This document shows, piece after piece, positions 43,574 through 53,449 of a DNA stretch of 64,000 nucleotides. The notes below the pieces were generated by a model. It ran no database searches. It was not told the DNA's origin and saw only the letters and a program-made list of their open reading frames with translations. Both the position numbers and the translations under genes were made by a program. This DNA is from Candidatus Bathyarchaeota archaeon. Its GTDB lineage: Archaea; Thermoproteota; Bathyarchaeia; 40CM-2-53-6. The stretch's first letter is position 1. Every line of letters starts with the position of its first letter. The stretch spans positions 320,001 through 384,000 of the forward strand of contig CAWHWX010000016.1 of the NCBI GenBank assembly GCA_963833125.1, given 5' to 3'.

Positions 43574-44302
43574 ATGAAGAAGAGCAATGCCCTCGCAATC
43601 CTGTTAGTTGCGATAGGTCTCGGAAGTTTAATTGTCGCAGTGACCTACTCGGCGTTTGTGCCTACGCTTACCTCGCACTAAAGCAACGGGTTCGGGAATC
43701 AAGTTGTGATAGGGCCGTCGTCTCAGCCACTCCAAACATCTTCAAACACTCAGATGACCTTAGAGCAAGCAAAGACGATCGCACAGCAATACCTCGCGTT
43801 AACCAGGAATTCTAACTTGGCTGTTAAGGAGATAATGGAATTTCAGTACAACTTCTACGTGATGTACTATGAGAAGGACACTGGCCGAGGTGCGTTCGAG
43901 ATGCTCATCTGGAAACAGACTCCTGCATATGGTATGATCGGTGGAAGTATGATGGGCGGATATGTTCGGCTCGGCGTCATGATGCCTGAGCCTGGCCCAA
44001 ACATGATGTGGAACACAAAATACAGTACCGTAAGCAACGGAATGATGGGCTTCTACGGTAACCAATGGTCCTCTACAATGCAAGTCCCGCAGGACGAGGC
44101 CGCGCAGATCGCGCAAACATACTTAACCTCAAACGTCGCCAACGCAAATGTCGAGATGGGAACAGAATTCTACGGTTACTACACTTTTGATTTCACAATT
44201 AACGGAAGAATTGCTGGAATGCTGAGCGTTAACGGCATTACGGGGCAGGTTTGGTATCATTCCTGGCATGGTGACTTCATACAGGAAGTCAAATTCACGT
44301 AG
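43574..44302 (+). CDS. Secreted PepSY-like protein with Met/Gly-rich insert; frameshift near 43670
   Basis: AKTIAQQYL, EPGPNMMWNTKY, FYGYYT, MLSVNG.TGQVWYH.WHG. Confidence 0.7.
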
Positions 44303-44321
44303 ACAAAGGAGAAATCAAAAG

Positions 44322-44810
44322 ATGACAGCAGAAGAGAAACCTACCGTCGCTTTCGTCCTCTCACTGATTGGGGGCATCTTCATTCTGGTTGGGGGAGGAA
44401 TGATGTCAATGATGGGGGGCTTCGGGTTTGGCGGGATGATGAGTGGCTACTCAGGGTACGGAGGAATGATGAACGGCTATTCAGGATATGGAGGATACGG
44501 CGGGAATGGATGGTATGGTGGGATGATGGGTCGCTACTTGTCCAGTCCGGCGTTCGGAATGATGGGAGGATACGGCTTCGGCGGAATATTTGGTCTCGTG
44601 GGCATAGTATTCGGGATAGTGGTCTTGGTTAGTGCAGTCATGCTCTACAATAAGCCAAGCGAACGCTCGAAGTGGGGTCTACTAATCCTAATCTTCTCGG
44701 TACTGAGTGTGTTCGGGAGTGCGATGGCAGGCTTCGGAGTAGGCTTGATACTTGGGGTTCTCGGTGGAATATTCGCTTTGACTTGGAAGCCATCAACATC
44801 GAAAGTTTGA
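44322..44810 (+). CDS. Four-TM membrane protein with Gly/Met/Tyr-rich loop
   Basis: PTVAFVLSLIGGIFIL, GGMM repeats, LILGVLGGIFAL. Confidence 0.7.
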   Translation: MTAEEKPTVAFVLSLIGGIFILVGGGMMSMMGGFGFGGMMSGYSGYGGMMNGYSGYGGYGGNGWYGGMMGRYLSSPAFGMMGGYGFGGIFGLVGIVFGIVVLVSAVMLYNKPSERSKWGLLILIFSVLSVFGSAMAGFGVGLILGVLGGIFALTWKPSTSKV

Positions 44811-44863
44811 CTTGGAAGCTTCAGTGTGGGGATGGTTATTTACGACTAAGGTGAGCAGAATGA

Positions 44864-46057
44864 ATGACCGGTTTTCAGGAATTTGCTTTAAATGTACATG
44901 ATATGCGGATAGTCGGAATCATGTTGCCCACTAGAACGAGACGAAGAAGTAAACAGTCCATCGTTGCCCTTGCTTTGTTAGGAGTCTTGTGCGTAGCCGT
45001 TGTGATTGGGTGGGGCGGATCGGGAGTTGTAAAGGCTCAAGGTAGTTTCGTAAACTTGACATCCTATCGGGTGAGTGCCGCCCCGAATTATACTGCTCCT
45101 GGAAGTGAGCCTTTTTGGAATGGAATAAGTTGGACTGATGTGCCGTTAAGTGCATCCGTTTCACCCGGAGGTGGGCATACCACGGATGTCCTCGTGAAAT
45201 CTGCTAATGACGGTTTCAAGATCTATGTTCTATTCAGGTGGAATGACTCAGTCGGACCCTCGTTTGGCTCATCGACGGAAATTTACGCTCTTCCGAATGG
45301 CACGTTGCTTCCGCTCAACCCAACAACTACCGCGAATGTGACGCAATTGGTCTACAACTCAACCTACTATTATCCAGATAGAGCCGCCATGCTCTGGTTC
45401 TTGCAAACCCCTTCAACGCGACAGCAATCGCCGGTCATGGTTCTGGGTTCAAATGGCGCGATTACTGGTGGGGCCGCGGACATCTGGCATTGGCAATCGG
45501 TACCGACAGATAATAATGCCAAGGACACCTCGTTTCCGGGAGGCTACACGGATCCCTCAGGGTCCCCAATCTTCCCCCACAATAATGAGTCATTTGCGGA
45601 AGATGACTTTACGAACACGACCGGGTTCTACACGATTGGAGGTAGCTTTGGTGCTGCCACACCGAACCTCGATCCCTACGCCGACCCCTATGTCGTACAT
45701 GTTGGAAACTACTTCTCTGACTCAAACAAGACATGGACCGTTGAAATGGCACGAAGCTTCACGATATCGGATGCGTCTCAGTACAGGGTGCAGCTTGCAA
45801 CAGGGTCAAGCTACTACGTCGCTTTTGCCGTTTGGAACGGGGCACTGGGAGAATCTTCACACATAAAATCTGTATCGCAATGGTATACGCTAACGGTCAG
45901 CGATCAACCACCGCCATCTCCCATTCTGACCGTTACGCCTAGCGGAACTAGCGGGATTTCACCGACTCTTGCGGTCGTCGTCGGAATCGGGCTCCTACTT
46001 GTCGGGATAATCATCGGAACTGTTGTGCGCCCGAAACCGAGAGAAAGCACGGTGTAG
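44864..46057 (+). CDS. DOMON-like heme-binding protein (CbsA/ethylbenzene dehydrogenase gamma-like)
   Basis: IYVLFRWND, YPDRAAM, DIWHW, WTVEMAR, AFAVWNG..GE...K; N- and C-terminal TM. Confidence 0.75.
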   Translation: MTGFQEFALNVHDMRIVGIMLPTRTRRRSKQSIVALALLGVLCVAVVIGWGGSGVVKAQGSFVNLTSYRVSAAPNYTAPGSEPFWNGISWTDVPLSASVSPGGGHTTDVLVKSANDGFKIYVLFRWNDSVGPSFGSSTEIYALPNGTLLPLNPTTTANVTQLVYNSTYYYPDRAAMLWFLQTPSTRQQSPVMVLGSNGAITGGAADIWHWQSVPTDNNAKDTSFPGGYTDPSGSPIFPHNNESFAEDDFTNTTGFYTIGGSFGAATPNLDPYADPYVVHVGNYFSDSNKTWTVEMARSFTISDASQYRVQLATGSSYYVAFAVWNGALGESSHIKSVSQWYTLTVSDQPPPSPILTVTPSGTSGISPTLAVVVGIGLLLVGIIIGTVVRPKPRESTV

Positions 46058-46060
46058 ACT

Positions 46061-46711
46061 ATGGCCGGAAAGAGTACCGAAGACTCTGGATCGGGTAGAA
46101 AGAAGGAATCGAAGCGAAATTTTCTAAAATTTGCGATGGCATTTTCAACGTTACTTGCAGTTGGCGGAGTCGCCGCAGTCCTCAAGTCCATTACGAATCC
46201 CGGTCCCTCCACCGCAGCTACAACGGGGTCGTCAGGGTCGAAGCAATTTCCAAGGGTGAAGATTGCTCAACTAAATGATCTAACCATCGGTCAGCCAGTA
46301 GCTTTCAACTATCCGCTCGACAATGAACCCAATATTCTGGTTAAGTTGGGGACAAAGGCCGATGGAGGCGTCGGTCCAGACGAAGACATTGTAGCTTTCA
46401 GCAACATATGTCAACACCTAGGATGCATTTACGGATTCCAAGCGACCGGCACTTCGCCCGCCTGTAACCCCGCATACAAGGCGGATCGCCCAGTAGGATA
46501 TTGCTGCTGTCACGGAAGCGTATTTGATCTCACGAACAAGGCCAATGTAATTGCGGGGCCGTCACCGAGGCCCCAACCTCAGGTGTTATTGGAGGTTGAT
46601 ACTTCAGGTAATATTTTCGCGACTGGCATGGGACCCCCAACAATTTTCGGTCATAACACCGGCTCAAACGATGTATCCGGTGACCTGCAAGGTGGAATTC
46701 CAGTAGGTTAA
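46061..46711 (+). CDS. Rieske [2Fe-2S] protein (SoxL/AioB-like)
   Basis: Tat-like SKRNFLK, GVGPDEDIVAFS, CQHLGC, CCCHGS. Confidence 0.92.
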   Translation: MAGKSTEDSGSGRKKESKRNFLKFAMAFSTLLAVGGVAAVLKSITNPGPSTAATTGSSGSKQFPRVKIAQLNDLTIGQPVAFNYPLDNEPNILVKLGTKADGGVGPDEDIVAFSNICQHLGCIYGFQATGTSPACNPAYKADRPVGYCCCHGSVFDLTNKANVIAGPSPRPQPQVLLEVDTSGNIFATGMGPPTIFGHNTGSNDVSGDLQGGIPVG

Positions 46712-46717
46712 TCCACA

Positions 46718-48196
46718 GTGACTGAAACAAGCGGACGATGGACGCGGCTCGCTGCCTGGCTCGATGCGCGACTAGGCTTAACCTATCCTCTACTCAGGCC
46801 CGCGCCGATGTATTCCATGAACCCATTCTACTGGCTCGGCGCACTAACCGTCGTCGCCTTTTTGATTCAAGGCGTCACTGGGATCATGATGATGCTATAC
46901 TATACGCCAAGCCCTACCGACGCTTTCAGTTCCACTCAATACATTTTTCAAAGCGTGTATTATGGGAGATTCCTTCAAACCGTGCATCTTTACACCGCGT
47001 ACGCTATGATCATGCTTGCCTTCATGCACATGATGCGCGGCTACTTTGTCTCTGTTTACAAGAAACCGAGGGAGTTGATGTGGATTGTCGGCATGGTGAT
47101 GGGGTTTGTTACCTTAGGTTTCGGGTTTACCGGATATCTGCTGCCATGGACCGTTGTCTCCAAGTCTGCGACTGATGTTGGAGTAGGCATCATCGATGCC
47201 CTCCCCGGCTCAATCTCTTCTTTCCTTAGCTTCGTAATCGTAGGAGCTGGCGGCGACGCAACGGAACTTCTCAGATTCTACGATTTGCACGTCGTAGTTC
47301 TGCCAGCTGTCCTATTGATTCTTCTTACAGTGAAAATGTACATGCTTGAGGCTCACGGAGTAGCCGAACCTACCACCGGTTCTCCAATCGAACAGAGAGC
47401 CAGCCGTAGTCTTCCAATATTCCCCGACGTCACGATCTACCTACTCGGCCTTGCAGCCATGTTCGGCAGCGCGATGCTTCTGATCTCCGTAATCTTCCCA
47501 TTGAGCCTACCTCCAATGTACTCCCCTCAACTCGTGGCCCAGTTCACCGCACAGCCAGACTGGTACTTCCTCTGGATATACCAGATTCTGAAGATCTCGG
47601 CCTTCGAAGGATCGGGTTTGCCAGTAGCCTTAGGGGTGGTCACTCTCCTTTTTGTGGTGTTAATTGCTCTTCCTTTCATAGACCGAAGTCCATCTAGGCG
47701 AATAGCTCAGAGGCCAGTATTCGTAACGTTAGGCTTAATCTTCATCGCAGAAATCTTCGTGCTCGCTTACTGGGGTCTAGAATCTCCGGGGCAAGTGATC
47801 CCAACGGATGAAGCGGCCATGATACTTGGGGCCATCGCGCTTTTGGTTGGTACCTCATCGTTCGCACTCTACTCTATTACCGGAGGGAGAGGTGCGAAAT
47901 CAGACTCGGACAAAGGTTCGAAAACAAAAGGAAAGTTCCGGACTGCGCTGGCATTTGTACTTCTCCTTTCAGGTGGAGCCCTAGCCATTGGCGCCTCCTT
48001 GAACGCTATGGTGCGCGTAGTCTTGTATGGAGCGAGCGCATCAAGCTTTATTCAACTTGGCTTATCAGCTGGCTTCTTGGCCATCGTAGTTTTCTCCACG
48101 GTATTTTTCATGTATCGAATAGAGTCGTCCGGAAATTCGCTCAAGCGAAGATTCGGCTGGCTTAAAATCGGAGGGTCAACAAATGATTCCCATTAG
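46718..48196 (+). CDS. Cytochrome b (SoxN-like) with extra C-terminal TM helices
   Basis: H-x13-H pair, KKPRELMW, GYLLPW, RFYDLH, QPDWY. Confidence 0.92.
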   Translation: MTETSGRWTRLAAWLDARLGLTYPLLRPAPMYSMNPFYWLGALTVVAFLIQGVTGIMMMLYYTPSPTDAFSSTQYIFQSVYYGRFLQTVHLYTAYAMIMLAFMHMMRGYFVSVYKKPRELMWIVGMVMGFVTLGFGFTGYLLPWTVVSKSATDVGVGIIDALPGSISSFLSFVIVGAGGDATELLRFYDLHVVVLPAVLLILLTVKMYMLEAHGVAEPTTGSPIEQRASRSLPIFPDVTIYLLGLAAMFGSAMLLISVIFPLSLPPMYSPQLVAQFTAQPDWYFLWIYQILKISAFEGSGLPVALGVVTLLFVVLIALPFIDRSPSRRIAQRPVFVTLGLIFIAEIFVLAYWGLESPGQVIPTDEAAMILGAIALLVGTSSFALYSITGGRGAKSDSDKGSKTKGKFRTALAFVLLLSGGALAIGASLNAMVRVVLYGASASSFIQLGLSAGFLAIVVFSTVFFMYRIESSGNSLKRRFGWLKIGGSTNDSH

Positions 48197-48443
48197 AAGA
48201 GTTGTAGCGCTTCTTCTTGCGCTTCAAGTTGTCTCGACTGGATATTTGTGGATTGGAAATATTTTTGGGAGTTTGAGCGAGGGCACGTTCGCCGTATTTC
48301 TCGCAGCTAATCTATTGTCATTCTCAATTGTCACTTACGTATACACACACGATAAGTGGGGAGAGAGCATTACCCGGGGCTGGATGCTCGCGGGTTCACT
48401 TGGCTTGATAATTCTACTCTTATCCAGCCTCTACTTCCATTAG
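48183..48443 (+). CDS. Small three-TM protein coupled to cytochrome b
   Basis: Overlaps the cytochrome b stop; hydrophobic. Confidence 0.6.
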   Translation: MIPIRRVVALLLALQVVSTGYLWIGNIFGSLSEGTFAVFLAANLLSFSIVTYVYTHDKWGESITRGWMLAGSLGLIILLLSSLYFH

Positions 48444-48603
48444 AACTGCCCTCAGAGCACCACAAGCCAATCACCTGTGAATCTATACCGCTACAAGCTA
48501 CTTATGCTGCTTCAATCCAGGTCCGGATGTATGATATAATCCTCAATATCGCCGCGCTACAGTATGAGTAAGCAATGGCGATGATTACGAGGAATTAATT
48601 GCA

Positions 48604-49263
48604 ATGCACATGAGACTTTGGGCCGCGGAAGGATTCCTCGGATCCGCAGTTGCTCTACTACTTACATACCTCCTCGTAGAGCCTGAGACTTTTGCGTCGC
48701 GTTACGCGAGTGTCATCGGATGGAGCACCATCACGGTATTTCTGATACTTATCGTCCAGGGATTTTGGGTCCGGAAGAGACATTCGAAAATTATCGACGA
48801 ATTGAATGGTAACGCCCATACCCCATACCGGACGGCGCTCTTCAAATGGGGGGGCATGCACTCTGCAATGTCGATCGTCGCTACCGTGTTCCTAATCATA
48901 CATGGATTCCTGTTTCTTCCTAGCCTCTTCGAACCAAGCCTTGCACTCTGGCTGGGTGCCTTGGCGTTCGCAATTCTACTTATCTTGAACTTATCCGGGC
49001 TCCTTACGGAATCTGCAAGGAAGTCGCGAAACTTCGGCCGACATAAGAAAATGCATGTCTGGTTAATGCTAATGGTCATAATTCTCATAGTCATTCATGT
49101 GGAAGGCACCGTGCCTTTCCTGACCTTTCGTTCCATCCTGCCGGGCTTGATAGTGGGTTTGGCTGCCTTTGTCTCTTTGAGCGTTATCATTCCATTGACG
49201 ATTCAGATTGGTCGGGATCGACGAGATCGTAACGTCGGGTCGCGGGTTAACCTCTCATCCTGA
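48604..49263 (+). CDS. Membrane protein with TM His pairs (ferric reductase/cytochrome b561-like)
   Basis: Two H-x13-H pairs in hydrophobic helices. Confidence 0.55.
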   Translation: MHMRLWAAEGFLGSAVALLLTYLLVEPETFASRYASVIGWSTITVFLILIVQGFWVRKRHSKIIDELNGNAHTPYRTALFKWGGMHSAMSIVATVFLIIHGFLFLPSLFEPSLALWLGALAFAILLILNLSGLLTESARKSRNFGRHKKMHVWLMLMVIILIVIHVEGTVPFLTFRSILPGLIVGLAAFVSLSVIIPLTIQIGRDRRDRNVGSRVNLSS

Positions 49264-49287
49264 GAACTCATTCTGCTCTAAGAGAAA

Positions 49288-49680
49288 CTAAAGCACGATT
49301 AACTGCACGCTTTTCATTTGGGGTTCTTTCTGGAATGCTTTGGTCATAGAGCCAACCTTCTTCCCCTCGCCCTCAAGAAGAAAGAGTTCTAGGCAGCTCC
49401 CAGGTTTGATCTTGCTGTGAATGTGGGTCTTCACAATGCTTTCGAACTCATGCTTCAGGCGTGTGATAGGTTCTTCGTTTTCTTGGTTGTGAGTCACAGT
49501 TACCACCGCGGCCACGGTGCCCGCAAGTGAGTCCTTTTCCTTATTGTCCTCCAACATTAACCGGATTGCTGCCCTGACGAGTTCCGATCTGCCAGTAAAG
49601 CCTTGAGATTTCTGCAGCTGATCCATTTCCTTAATCATCTGCTCAGGAAAAGAAAGGCTGATTATTGCCATAGATCTCAC
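49288..49680 (-). CDS. NikR-like CopG/RHH metal-responsive regulator
   Basis: IISLSF..GFTGRSELVRAAIR, LKHEF, THIH, CLELFLLEG. Confidence 0.85.
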   Translation of the reverse strand: MRSMAIISLSFPEQMIKEMDQLQKSQGFTGRSELVRAAIRLMLEDNKEKDSLAGTVAAVVTVTHNQENEEPITRLKHEFESIVKTHIHSKIKPGSCLELFLLEGEGKKVGSMTKAFQKEPQMKSVQLIVL

Positions 49681-49684
49681 TCAA

Positions 49685-49723
49685 TTAACAACAATCAAGC
49701 ATTCGACTCGTGAATGTTATTAA
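49685..49723. promoter_or_regulatory. Candidate operator TTAACAACA-N21-TGTTATTAA upstream of the NikR-like gene
   Basis: Inverted half-sites; same spacing recurs at 52549-52587. Confidence 0.55.
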
Positions 49724-49791
49724 CTTGGCTTCAGAGCTAGGATCCCATCGAATTGTCCCATTTCAACAAGCGACTTTTGTTTCAGGCGGCA

Positions 49792-50661
49792 TTAGGGAGC
49801 ATTTTGAAGACTAAGCTGACTAACTTTCAAAGGTCTAATCCTTCGATAAACGAATCTGACAAGCAGGTAAAGGACAAACACTATGCTTGTTATGAAGAAA
49901 CTCACTGGATACGGTTCATAAAACGCAATGAAGAGCCCTAGCCAGGTTGCCATTAGAGCAATGGCTACGGATATTATGACGACATGGTGTGGTCGTTTTG
50001 CTAGTTGCTGAGCTATTGCTGCGGGTGTGACCATTAACGAGAAAATGAGAAGAACTCCAACTACTTGAACAGCAATCGATGTCGCAACCGCTACGAGAAT
50101 CATGAAAATTATGCCGAGCAGAAACGTTGGTATACCCTTTGCTTCGGCCACATCTTCATCAAGTGATGCGAATAGAAGCGGCCGATATACAACCGCGATT
50201 ACGGCTAATATTATCAAAGCGGCTACTAGGGTGACAAGGACATCGCTGTTGCTTATGCCGAGTATTTCTCCGAACAGGATTGAGTACGCTTCGGTCGCGT
50301 AACCGGTATAGAGGCTGATGAATAACACGCCGATGCCAAGCATGAATGCGAGGACTGTCCCAATATGAACGTCACGTTGTGCGGCGCGAGGACTAAGGGC
50401 AGCCATCATTGAGCCACCGACGGTTGTGAACAGTAACAGACCATATACGGGGCTGATGCCAAACAATACAGCTCCTGCGGCTCCTGCGAAACCTATGTGG
50501 GAAAGGGCGTGCGCTGCAAACGAAGATCGACGCAGCACCACAAAGTAGCCGACGATGCCTGCGATGATTGCGACTACTGTTCCGGCCTCGAAGGCGTGCT
50601 GCATAAACTGATACTGAAACATCTGTTGAAGGGCGGCGATCAAATCGATACTGAATGTCAT
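49792..50661 (-). CDS. Zn/Mn ABC permease
   Basis: HALSHIGFAG, LFGEILG, VGVLLIFSL..PA. Confidence 0.9.
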   Translation of the reverse strand: MTFSIDLIAALQQMFQYQFMQHAFEAGTVVAIIAGIVGYFVVLRRSSFAAHALSHIGFAGAAGAVLFGISPVYGLLLFTTVGGSMMAALSPRAAQRDVHIGTVLAFMLGIGVLFISLYTGYATEAYSILFGEILGISNSDVLVTLVAALIILAVIAVVYRPLLFASLDEDVAEAKGIPTFLLGIIFMILVAVATSIAVQVVGVLLIFSLMVTPAAIAQQLAKRPHHVVIISVAIALMATWLGLFIAFYEPYPVSFFITSIVFVLYLLVRFVYRRIRPLKVSQLSLQNAP

Positions 50662-51497
50662 TACTCATCACCGTGGTGAAGAGGATGGTGATCCTCAATT
50701 CCTATGATCGCAATATTGCCCCGTGAATCATTGAGAACCTCGATTTGAACTCCGTATAGCGCCGAAAGGACCTCCGAAGTCAGAACTTCTTTCGGTTTAC
50801 CTGTGGCGACCTTGCCGTTTGCGATGTATATCACTTTGTCTAGGAACGGCAGAAGCGGGTTGATGTTGTGAGCTATCAGTAAGGCTGTCACATTACGGGA
50901 TCGAACTACGTTGTTGACAAGTTGAAGCAAATCTCTTTCACGCCTGATATCGAGATTCGCCAACGGCTCATCAAGCAACAATACGCTGGGGTTGCTGACT
51001 AATGCTTCCGCGAGAAATATTCTCTGAAGTTCTCCTCCCGACAAAGCATTCAATGATTGGTGGGCCAGGTCGGTGGCTCCGACCGCTTCCAATGCCACGA
51101 GAGCGGCTTTTCGCCCGGCTTTTGCAGATAAGTGGAAACCCCATTGGTGGCCGCAAAATGCCAAGTGCACTAATTCAAGGGATTCGACGTTGGTTTCACT
51201 GTCTATCAGGTGACGCTGAGGCACGTAACCGATTTGATGGTTTCCACGCTTTGGTTCAGCGTCAAATATCTTAATCGTTCCACTGGTGGGACGCTGCAAT
51301 CCGAGGAGCAAACGAAATAGAGTTGTCTTCCCAGCTCCATTAGGTCCGATTACAGCAACAAACTCTCCTCGATTGATAGTGAAATTTGCGTCTCGCCAAA
51401 CGATGTTGTCCTCGTAGCCGGCGACCAAGTTTTGAGCTGTTATGACATTAGACTGTACCGGAGTCGTGATGATTTCGGACTTGATGTGGCCATTCAA
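50661..51497 (-). CDS. Zn/Mn ABC ATPase with His-rich tail
   Basis: GPNGAGKT, IGYVPQ, LSGGELQR, DEP. Confidence 0.9.
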   Translation of the reverse strand: MNGHIKSEIITTPVQSNVITAQNLVAGYEDNIVWRDANFTINRGEFVAVIGPNGAGKTTLFRLLLGLQRPTSGTIKIFDAEPKRGNHQIGYVPQRHLIDSETNVESLELVHLAFCGHQWGFHLSAKAGRKAALVALEAVGATDLAHQSLNALSGGELQRIFLAEALVSNPSVLLLDEPLANLDIRRERDLLQLVNNVVRSRNVTALLIAHNINPLLPFLDKVIYIANGKVATGKPKEVLTSEVLSALYGVQIEVLNDSRGNIAIIGIEDHHPLHHGDE

Positions 51498-51533
51498 TAT
51501 GCTCCAAAAGTTTCATTCCGAGTTGAAGATCGA

Positions 51534-52485
51534 CTATTGTCCAAGAGCTTGTTGGTTGAGCGCGTTCTGAAGCTGGAGTAATTCGGCGTTCATCCACATT
51601 TGGAATTGCACGTCAGGTGGTTGAATGGTTTCCGTTACAGCGACGATCGGGATTCCCTTCTGAGCGGCCAGCGCTTTGATGCTTTGTGTGAGCGGGGTCA
51701 CTGTTTGTGCATTGTAGACTAGCACTTTCACACTTCCGTTCTGGAGCTGCTGCTCAAATTGGACAACGCTTTGTGCAGAGGGGTCGTTTCCTTCGGCAAC
51801 GGCCTCCATAAATTGAGGAGGAGAAATGAGGTCAAGACCTGTGGCGTTTGCTAGGTACTCAAAGATGCTCTCTGTAGATGCCACTTTCGTCCCTGCGAAC
51901 TGCTGCCTTATCTCGGCGATTCGCTCGATTGTATTCTCCAAGCGACGCATTCAAAGAAGCATACTGTTGGTTGTAGTACGCCGCATTGGTCGGATCTATC
52001 GAAAGAAGATCTGAATACATCGCATTTACCGTGTCATTCACATAGTAAGGGCTATACCAAAAGTGAGGATTAACTCCAGCAGCCGGTTGTCCGATGAGTT
52101 CTTGGACATTCAAAACCTTTTGATTTGGATTATTGCCTGCAGCGATCAGCCTTTCGGCCCAAGTGTCATATCCGGCGCCGTTGACAATTACCAAGCTTGC
52201 ATTTGCAACTGCTTGAGCATCTGCGCTGTTGCTTTCGTATTCATGGGGATCTGCGTTGGGGTCTGATACGATGCTGAACACATGTACGTGGGTTCCGCCG
52301 AGCTGAGATATCAGACTGCCCCAGAAATTTTCGGCAGCCACTATTTGCACGGTTGATGAGTGGCTCTGTGCTGCCGTAGTACTCGAGGTTGATGGTGGTC
52401 GGTTTGTGAAATATAATCCTGCGAATGCTGCTGCTAAGATTATTACAACCAAAACCCCAGCGATTAGATAGGTATTCTTTTGCAT
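51534..52485 (-). CDS. Zn/Mn ABC substrate-binding protein; frameshift near 51930
   Basis: AAENFWG, DPHEYE, NPHFWY, TESIF. Confidence 0.87.
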
Positions 52486-52543
52486 GTCCACTACTCCAAA
52501 CCAAGATACCGCACCAATCAAAACTGGCTATTAAGCATATCCA

Positions 52544-52589
52544 AGTTATTAATAACTATACATTAGGGTTTTGTCGTTTGTTAATAACA
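52544..52589. promoter_or_regulatory. Candidate operator: palindrome AGTTATTAATAACT plus TGTTAATAA half-site
   Basis: Perfect 14-bp palindrome 52544-52557 in the divergent intergenic region. Confidence 0.55.
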
Positions 52590-52659
52590 CTTTATTTAGT
52601 GACTATGCCTGTTCAACTACGTTTTTCAATGGATTCCTGCTCAGACTAGAAGAGGATCA

Positions 52660-53373
52660 GTGGTGGCAAGATTAGAAGCAGACCGGGTAGTTGTTCGATG
52701 GGCGACGACTCGCGGGATGGTTCTTCTGATCTTGAGCTCAATACTGATAATCACAATGCTTACGCCAATTGAACCAATAGATTACCTCTTCTTCGCGCTG
52801 TCATCGGGGTTGAATGTAGCGCCGGAGGTATTGCTCATGCTTTCCGACATATTGCTTCTTTTTGCCGGATTCACCCTGGCAGCTTCACTGCGAACCTTTC
52901 TTGCGGCAGGAAGAGTGATGTCGAGTAACCTAGCCTCTGCGTCCTCCCTTCTTAGCTCACTGAACAGAAAAGTCAATCCAAAGGGAGTGCCAAGTTTGGC
53001 CGCGGCGGCGTTGATAATTGTATTTTGGCATGTACCGGCGGTTCTTGACGAGGCTCTCCTTCAGTTCCAACTGCATTGGATCATGCACGTCTCAGTGTTT
53101 TTCGCTGGCGTGCTGATTTACGTAGGTTTTACCCGCCTAACCCTTGGAATGCGTTTATTGACCTACCTTCTAGGGTGTAAGGCTATGGCGATCTTTGGGG
53201 CCTACCTGCTGGTGGCACCCGTAGCGATTTACGGTTCTTACCCTGCGCCTCAACAAGTGGAAGCAGGTGCAGCCATGCTTGCCATGTGTGTGGCTTCAGA
53301 TGCAACAATCATCCCACTATGGGTCAGACGTTACTTCAAACATGAGTCTCACCAGGACGATAGGGATCGGTAA
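52660..53373 (+). CDS. CtaG/DUF1404-like Cu-delivery membrane protein
   Basis: FWHVP, HWIMH, Y...QQ..AG.AM. Confidence 0.7.
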   Translation: MVARLEADRVVVRWATTRGMVLLILSSILIITMLTPIEPIDYLFFALSSGLNVAPEVLLMLSDILLLFAGFTLAASLRTFLAAGRVMSSNLASASSLLSSLNRKVNPKGVPSLAAAALIIVFWHVPAVLDEALLQFQLHWIMHVSVFFAGVLIYVGFTRLTLGMRLLTYLLGCKAMAIFGAYLLVAPVAIYGSYPAPQQVEAGAAMLAMCVASDATIIPLWVRRYFKHESHQDDRDR

Positions 53374-53449
53374 ACCTATCTTCGTGGCTGAGACGTGTTC
53401 GAATCCTGATCCAGTTCGAATCTGTCAACTCTAAAGGCTCCATCCCCAG

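Noticed and set aside
46061-46711. Arsenite oxidase small subunit assignment
   Set aside because: No molybdopterin large subunit is adjacent and the gene is coupled to cytochrome b.
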